A stretch of 64,000 nt of DNA. Origin: an uncultured candidate division Zixibacteria bacterium. GTDB taxonomy: Bacteria > Zixibacteria > MSB-5A5 > GN15 > FEB-12. Location of the stretch: assembly GCA_963735035.1 (NCBI GenBank), contig CAVTJJ010000004.1, forward strand, positions 672,001-736,000, given 5' to 3'. Numbering within the stretch: the stretch's first letter is position 1; every line of letters begins with the position of its first letter. A model generated the notes under the pieces. The model ran no database searches. It worked only from the letters and a program-made list of their open reading frames with translations, and had not been told where the DNA came from. A program made the position numbers and the translations under genes. This document shows positions 58,572 to 64,000 of this stretch, in pieces.

Positions 58572-59241
58572 ATGACCGCGCGCATAAATGTCAACGAAAA
58601 GGTCCTCAAAGAAAATGACCGCATCGCCGCCGAAATCAGACAGCAACTGTCCGAGCGCGGCATCCTCAGTCTGAACCTGGTCAGCTCACCCGGTTCCGGG
58701 AAGACTTCCCTGCTGGAGCGTACTTTTCGCGAGTTGAGCCGTCACCTCACCATGGCCGGGATAGCCGGCGACGTTCAAACCGAGAACGACGCCCGCCGTC
58801 TCGAAGCGGCCGGGGCGCGTCTGGTGCGGCCGATTGTCACCGGCGGGACCTGTCATCTCGACGCCCGTATGGTGCAGCAGGCGATGACCGGGCTGGACTC
58901 TGTCGAGCTGTGATGTTCTCTTTGTCGAGAATGTCGGCAACCTGGTGTGTCCGTCGAGTTACGACCTTGGCGAGGACATGAAAGTTGTGTTGATCAGCAC
59001 GACCGAAGGGGATGACAAGCCGTTGAAATATCCCGCGATGTTTCGGCGGTCGTCGGTGATGGTCATCAACAAGATCGACCTGATGGGGCTGTCGGATTTC
59101 GATCTAGACCGGGTGAAGAAGAACGCTCGGCAAATCAACGGCGATCTGGAGATTATTGAAGTTTCCTGCCGTCAGGGGATAGGGTTGCAAGACTGGTACG
59201 CCTGGCTGACGAAGACGGCGGCTGCGAAGAAGCAGCGGTAA
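58572..59241 (+). CDS. hypB: Hydrogenase nickel incorporation GTPase HypB (one +1 frameshift near 58898)
   Basis: SSPGSGKT, CHLDA, then in the shifted frame FVENVGNLVCP, EGDDKPLKYP, NKIDL; joined length about 222 aa. Confidence 0.92.
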
Positions 59242-59259
59242 TTATCTCATGATGATCTT

Positions 59260-59820
59260 GTAGGTCGAAACCAGACGGTTTCGGGGCGGCGAGAAGAGAA
59301 GTTGTATCCAAAACGGCCGTAAGGCCGTCACCCCCGAGAAGTCGGGGGCCCATGGGATGCCGCGATGGAAGGAATGCGAAGGCGACGATAGGACATCAGG
59401 TCGCAAAGTCTTCTCATAATAATATCAAGGAGGTGTGCCGAACGAAGATCCTGCAGAACGGTGTCCCAATAGTCAGCGGTTCAGTTTTTGCGGTTGCGAG
59501 TGGTCATGGGTGCCCGACTACTCGGGCATGATGGGGCTGACGCCGCGTTCCCTCATCAATACCCACCCGGCCCAGCGCAAGCGCTGGGGCGCCGATCCCT
59601 TCAATCCCACCCGCAGGAGGGTGGGCCACCCGAGCGAAGCGCTATCTTCGTTATTCCTGCGGCGGCAGGAACCCAGACAAGATAGCTATGGATGCGACGG
59701 AGTCTTCATAGATGAAGCCCCAACAGGTGTAAATAGCATCTTACTATGTTAATGCAACGCGTCAGGTCACACCGTCTCGCCCGCTTTCAGCGGCCGAGTC
59801 GGCAAGACCTGACGCAACCT
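59260..59820. repeat. Cluster of REP-like palindromes between hypB and hypE
   Basis: Reverse copy of the 43841-44152 element; hairpins related to the 137-bp element (59571-59590, 59606-59632); ATTCCTGC...GCAGGAACCCAGACAAG; GCGTCAGGTC...GACCTGACGC. Confidence 0.8.
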
Positions 59821-59834
59821 CACTCCACCCACTC

Positions 59835-60848
59835 TCAGCAAATACGCGGCAATTGCTCGCCGGTGAACATCTCGATCACGCGGTCGACACCGGTCGAAGT
59901 AGTCAGCGTGACGATGCCATCAGTCTTGTTGGTGACTTCGCCGATGATTTGCGCGTCGGCTCCAAGGGGATGTTTGCGAAGTGTCGATAGTGATCGGTCT
60001 GTGTCTGATGCGGCCACAATCACAATGAACCGCCCTTCGTTGGCGACAAACATCGGATCGAGTCCCAATATCTCACATGCTCCGGCGACAGCTTCGCCGA
60101 CCGGTATCTGATCTTCCGAAATGTGAATCCGTCGCTTCGAAGTCTCTGCTATCTCCACCAGTGCCGATGCCAGTCCGCCGCGGGTGAGATCGCGCATGCA
60201 ATGAACATCAACACCGCTCTGAAGCAGGTCGCTCACGATGCTATTCAGTGAAGCACAATCGCTTTGTATAGTCGTTTCAAATGTCAGTCCTTCGCGCAGA
60301 GCCATGACCGCGATGCCGTGGCGGCCGATGTCACCGCTCAGGATAACCTTGTCTCCGGGGCGAATCTGTCGCGGGCCGATTAAGCGACCGTTGTTGACTG
60401 CACCTACACCGGAGGTGTTGATGTACATCTGGTCGGCCTTGCCATGCTCGACAACTTTGGTGTCGCCCGTGACAATTCGCACTCCCGCCTCGCGTGCTGT
60501 TGCGGCCATCGATGCGACAACCCGTCGCAAGACCTCAATCTCCAAACCTTCTTCGAGAATGAATCCAGCGGATAGATATAACGGTTTCGCGCCGCACATG
60601 GCGAGATCGTTAACCGTTCCACAGATTGCCAACTTACCAATATCACCGCCGGGGAAGAAGAGCGGTCGGATGACAAACGAATCGGTCGTGTAGGCCAGGC
60701 GTGACGAAGGAACGTTGAATACGACACCGTCGTGGGAGGCGTCAAATTCGGAATCGCCGAATGCCGGGGCGAATATTTCGTAAATCAACTGCCACGACAG
60801 GCGGCCGCCGCCGCCATGGGCCATCAGGATGCGAGATTTGTCGGTCAC
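59835..60848 (-). CDS. hypE: Hydrogenase maturation protein HypE
   Basis: AHGGGG, TTDSFVI, GTVNDLAM, RDLTRGG, C-terminal PRIC. Confidence 0.97.
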   Translation of the reverse strand: MTDKSRILMAHGGGGRLSWQLIYEIFAPAFGDSEFDASHDGVVFNVPSSRLAYTTDSFVIRPLFFPGGDIGKLAICGTVNDLAMCGAKPLYLSAGFILEEGLEIEVLRRVVASMAATAREAGVRIVTGDTKVVEHGKADQMYINTSGVGAVNNGRLIGPRQIRPGDKVILSGDIGRHGIAVMALREGLTFETTIQSDCASLNSIVSDLLQSGVDVHCMRDLTRGGLASALVEIAETSKRRIHISEDQIPVGEAVAGACEILGLDPMFVANEGRFIVIVAASDTDRSLSTLRKHPLGADAQIIGEVTNKTDGIVTLTTSTGVDRVIEMFTGEQLPRIC

Positions 60849-61933
60849 AATTGCCTCTCCCGGTAACGATAATAGGCGGCACAGGCGCCTTCCGATGACA
60901 CCATGCAGGGGCCGGTCGGTGAATCAGGTGTGCAGGTGGTAGCGAAATACGGGCACTCGACCGGTTTGATAGAACCTGCCAGCACCTGACCGCAGTAGGC
61001 ATCGCCCGCAGCAGTCGTACCAACTCTTGGGTGGAAGCGTGCGAAGGCATCGAATCGCTTGTATGCATCTCGAAGCGCATATCCGCTCAGCGGAATCATC
61101 CCGAGGCCGCGCCAGTTGCGGTCGACCGGATAGAAGACCTGCTCTACTCGCTCCATCGCGAGCGTGTTGCCTTCGAGCTGGACCGCGCGACAATACTGAT
61201 TCTGCAATTCCGCCCGTCCCTGCTCCAACTGCTCCACCGCCATGTAGATCCCCTGAAGCAGGTCCACCGGCTCGAAACCGGTGATAACAATCGGTACCCG
61301 GTATTTCATCGCGAGTTGAGCATACTCTTCGGCCCCTGTCACAGTGCACACATGGCCGGGCGCCAGGAAGGCATTGACCAGGCGCGGTTGCATTTCGAGT
61401 ATGGCGCGCATGGCGGGTGGAATAAGTACTTGAGCAGGTAGTATCGAGAAGTTCTGCAGTTGTTCGTCTTCGGCCTGAAGCACCGCAGTCGCGATTACCG
61501 GCGCTGTCGTCTCGAATCCTATAGCAAAGAACACTACCTGCCTTTCCGGACACTTCCTGGCCAGTGTGACTGCCTCAAGCGGTGAATAGACCATACGTAT
61601 GTCGCCGCCGCGCGCGCGGGCATCCATCAGCGTGCCATTCGCACCGGGGACACGGAGCATATCGCCGAAGGTGCAGAAGATTACTTCCGGACGTAGCGAG
61701 ATCTCGATAGCCTGATCAACGGTCTCGGCAGGTGTCACACACACCGGGCAGCCGGGGCCATGGATGAGCGTGATATTACTCGGCAAACGGCGGTCGATGC
61801 CGTGCTTGAGCAGGGAGTGGGTCTGTCCGCCGCAGACTTCCATGATCTTCCAGTGACCATGCGTCCTGGCGGCGATCATCTCCAGATGGCGGTCGATCAG
61901 ATCGCGCCGCCGATATTCTTCAAGGTGTTTCAC
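60845..61933 (-). CDS. hypD: Hydrogenase maturation protein HypD
   Basis: MEVCGGQTH, GPGCPVC, GFETT, PGHV, CMVSSEGAC. Confidence 0.97.
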   Translation of the reverse strand: MKHLEEYRRRDLIDRHLEMIAARTHGHWKIMEVCGGQTHSLLKHGIDRRLPSNITLIHGPGCPVCVTPAETVDQAIEISLRPEVIFCTFGDMLRVPGANGTLMDARARGGDIRMVYSPLEAVTLARKCPERQVVFFAIGFETTAPVIATAVLQAEDEQLQNFSILPAQVLIPPAMRAILEMQPRLVNAFLAPGHVCTVTGAEEYAQLAMKYRVPIVITGFEPVDLLQGIYMAVEQLEQGRAELQNQYCRAVQLEGNTLAMERVEQVFYPVDRNWRGLGMIPLSGYALRDAYKRFDAFARFHPRVGTTAAGDAYCGQVLAGSIKPVECPYFATTCTPDSPTGPCMVSSEGACAAYYRYRERQL

Positions 61934-62184
61934 GCCTCTTCATCCGATGAATCGGTCTGTTCGGCGATCTGCCGCAGGTAATCAAGAGTGATCCGGGCCT
62001 GTTCTTCGTCGAGGACGTTCAGCGCGAACCCGGCATGAACGATGACATAGTCGCCGATCTTCGCTTCGGGCACACAGGACAGGCTGACCTCGCGGACTAT
62101 GCCCCCGAACTCCACGCGCCCGCTTCGCACAATGGAGTCCTGACCTTCGATACTGATTATCTTACCGGGCACCGCGAGGCACAT
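61930..62184 (-). CDS. hypC: Hydrogenase chaperone HypC
   Basis: MCLAVP N-terminus, GDYVIVHAGFA. Confidence 0.97.
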   Translation of the reverse strand: MCLAVPGKIISIEGQDSIVRSGRVEFGGIVREVSLSCVPEAKIGDYVIVHAGFALNVLDEEQARITLDYLRQIAEQTDSSDEEA

Positions 62185-62186
62185 GG

Positions 62187-64000
62187 TTACTTCTCGTGTT
62201 TCATGAGTTCGATCAGAGCCGCCGCCTGACCCAGCGAAATGCCACCGTCGTTGGTCGGGACGCGCTGATGATAATACACTCTCCGCCCGAGGCCGACGAG
62301 TCGGTCATAGGTCAATTCCAAAAGCATGCGGTTCTGAAAACAACCACCCGTCAGCACGACCGTCGGGGTCTCAACCGTCTGTACCGCCGCCGCGATCATT
62401 TCCACAAGCGTATGGTGGCACCTCGCGGCGATTCTGTCAAGCCTTACCTGCCGATGGATGTCATCGATCACCGGGCGCACCATCGGTTCCCAATCCAGCA
62501 CCATCGCCTTGTCTCGCCTATTCACGGCAAATTCGTACGGTACCTCTGGCTCGGACGCTTCGGCGGCGTATTGCAGCAACATGGCCGCTTCGCCCTCATA
62601 CGAGGTCACTTGCGAGAGGCCTAGCAGCGATGCCAGTCCGTCGAACAGACGCCCGGCGCTCGTTGTCTCAAACGTATTCAGCCCACTCTCAATCATGTGA
62701 AGCAGCAGAGTCAGATCGTTCTCGGAATACTGCTTGACCGACTCCAGATCGCGCCGGGTGTCCAGTTCTCGACCAAAGATTTCGTAGAGCAGACCCAGTG
62801 CCGAGCGACGTGGCTCGGTAATAGCTTTGTCTCCACCGGGGAGGGGGAAGGGTCGAAGATAGCCGACTCGATCAAATCCTTCTTTACCGACCAGCAGGAA
62901 TTCGCCGCCCCAGATGGTTCCATCACTACCGAGCCCGGTGCCGTCCCAGGAGACCCCCAGCACAGGTTGCTTCAAGCCGTGCTCAGCCATGCAAGAGAGC
63001 ACATGAGCATAATGATGCTGAACGGTGGTGGGGCTTGGATCGAACGTGTGAGCGACGTGAGTCGAATGGTAGTCAGGATGAAGATCACACGCGGCGTGGT
63101 CAAACGAGACGGAATACAATTCAGATGCTGACCCAATAGCCGCTTCCATCGCGGCCTGTGATTTCGGCCCGGACAGGTCACCGATGTGTTGGCTGATGAC
63201 TATCTGTGAGCCGGATGTAAACGCGATTGTGTTTTTCAGGTGCGATCCCACTGCAAGCAGCGGTGGGGGAGAGCTGTCTATTGGAATGGATACTGGTGAG
63301 TATCCCCGCGCGGCGCGGAGGACAACGATTGTGTCTCTGACGCGATGAACCACCGAATCATCCAGCGGTCGTGCTATAGGTCGGTCGTGAACCAGGAATA
63401 GTTCGGCAATTTGTCCGAGTTGTTGGACCGCTTCGCGTTCGTCAATGCAAATCGGTTCTTCGGAAAGATTGCCACTGGTAGCGACAATCGGGAAGGCCAG
63501 CTCTCTCAGGAGCAGATGATGCATCGGCGTGTAAGGCAGCATCACGCCATGGTATGGACTTCGTGGCGCCACGCTCTCAGCAATGCCAAGCCGGCCGCCT
63601 CCCTTTCTCTTGAGCAGCACAATCGGAGCCGCTGCGGAACGCAGGGCTGTTTCTTCAACTGAAGATGTGATGAAGTCATCACTTATCGTCGTGCAATCCG
63701 GATACATGAGCGCAAACGGTTTTGACGGGCGGTGTTTCCGCAAGCGCAGTCGGGACACCGATTCTTCATTGCGCGCATCTACGAGAAGTTGAAAGCCACC
63801 CAGGCCCTTGAGGGCGACTACACGACCTCCGCGAATCGCCTCGCAGGCGAACATGAGTGCCTTGTCCTTGTCTGCAATGATCTTGCCGTCCGCATCCCAC
63901 AACTGTAATTGCGGACCGCAAGTGGGGCAGGCGTTCGGCTGGGCGTGAAAACGGCGGTTGGTAGGATCATCATACTCGGCCTGGCAGGCGGGACACATCG
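62187..64000 (-). CDS. hypF: Carbamoyltransferase HypF (5' part beyond window edge)
   Basis: CPAC...RRFHAQPNACPTCGP, KGLGGF, TSGN, QHHYAH, DGTG, TSAGRLFD, GGCFQN, NDGGISLGQ. Confidence 0.97.
   Translation of the reverse strand, partial: MCPACQAEYDDPTNRRFHAQPNACPTCGPQLQLWDADGKIIADKDKALMFACEAIRGGRVVALKGLGGFQLLVDARNEESVSRLRLRKHRPSKPFALMYPDCTTISDDFITSSVEETALRSAAAPIVLLKRKGGGRLGIAESVAPRSPYHGVMLPYTPMHHLLLRELAFPIVATSGNLSEEPICIDEREAVQQLGQIAELFLVHDRPIARPLDDSVVHRVRDTIVVLRAARGYSPVSIPIDSSPPPLLAVGSHLKNTIAFTSGSQIVISQHIGDLSGPKSQAAMEAAIGSASELYSVSFDHAACDLHPDYHSTHVAHTFDPSPTTVQHHYAHVLSCMAEHGLKQPVLGVSWDGTGLGSDGTIWGGEFLLVGKEGFDRVGYLRPFPLPGGDKAITEPRRSALGLLYEIFGRELDTRRDLESVKQYSENDLTLLLHMIESGLNTFETTSAGRLFDGLASLLGLSQVTSYEGEAAMLLQYAAEASEPEVPYEFAVNRRDKAMVLDWEPMVRPVIDDIHRQVRLDRIAARCHHTLVEMIAAAVQTVETPTVVLTGGCFQNRMLLELTYDRLVGLGRRVYYHQRVPTNDGGISLGQAAALIELMKHEK

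Noticed and set aside
58911..58913. Selenocysteine or readthrough at the TGA in hypB
   Set aside because: The conserved continuation (FVENVGNLVCP) is in a different frame, so a one-base insertion explains it.

Overview
Bacterial, moderately GC-rich window. A lineage such as candidate phylum Zixibacteria is only a guess from gene style. Bases 1-23.8 kb hold the 3' part of a flagellar cluster on the + strand (fliK, flgD, TIGR02530-type, flgE, flbD, fliLMNOPQR, flhBAFG, fliA). It continues into an accessory signalling tail: DUF2225, three tandem PilZ proteins, an exported protein, a GAF-HisKA protein lacking the ATPase domain, a degenerate chemoreceptor-tip-like protein, two stand-alone receivers and FapA. 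tRNA-Ser(GCT) follows. Directly downstream lies the most unusual feature: four same-orientation, equal-length (137 bp) hairpin-bounded elements, each with a near-consensus sigma70 promoter (TTGAYG-N17-TATAAT-like) and an ATG at the predicted start site, alternating with orphan genes and gene fragments. The rest encodes a stand-alone CZB protein, RND and MacAB-like transporters, VIT1, a Mg2+ P-type ATPase, a double-cubane cluster protein with its ATPase behind a structured ~144-nt leader, EttA, an M16 peptidase pair, an MgtC-family protein, DUF362, a SET-domain protein, hydrogenase maturation genes (hypB; hypFCDE) and many REP-like palindromes. Six single-base +1 frameshifts are most likely sequencing errors. 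All family assignments come from motif recognition by eye; no database search was run.
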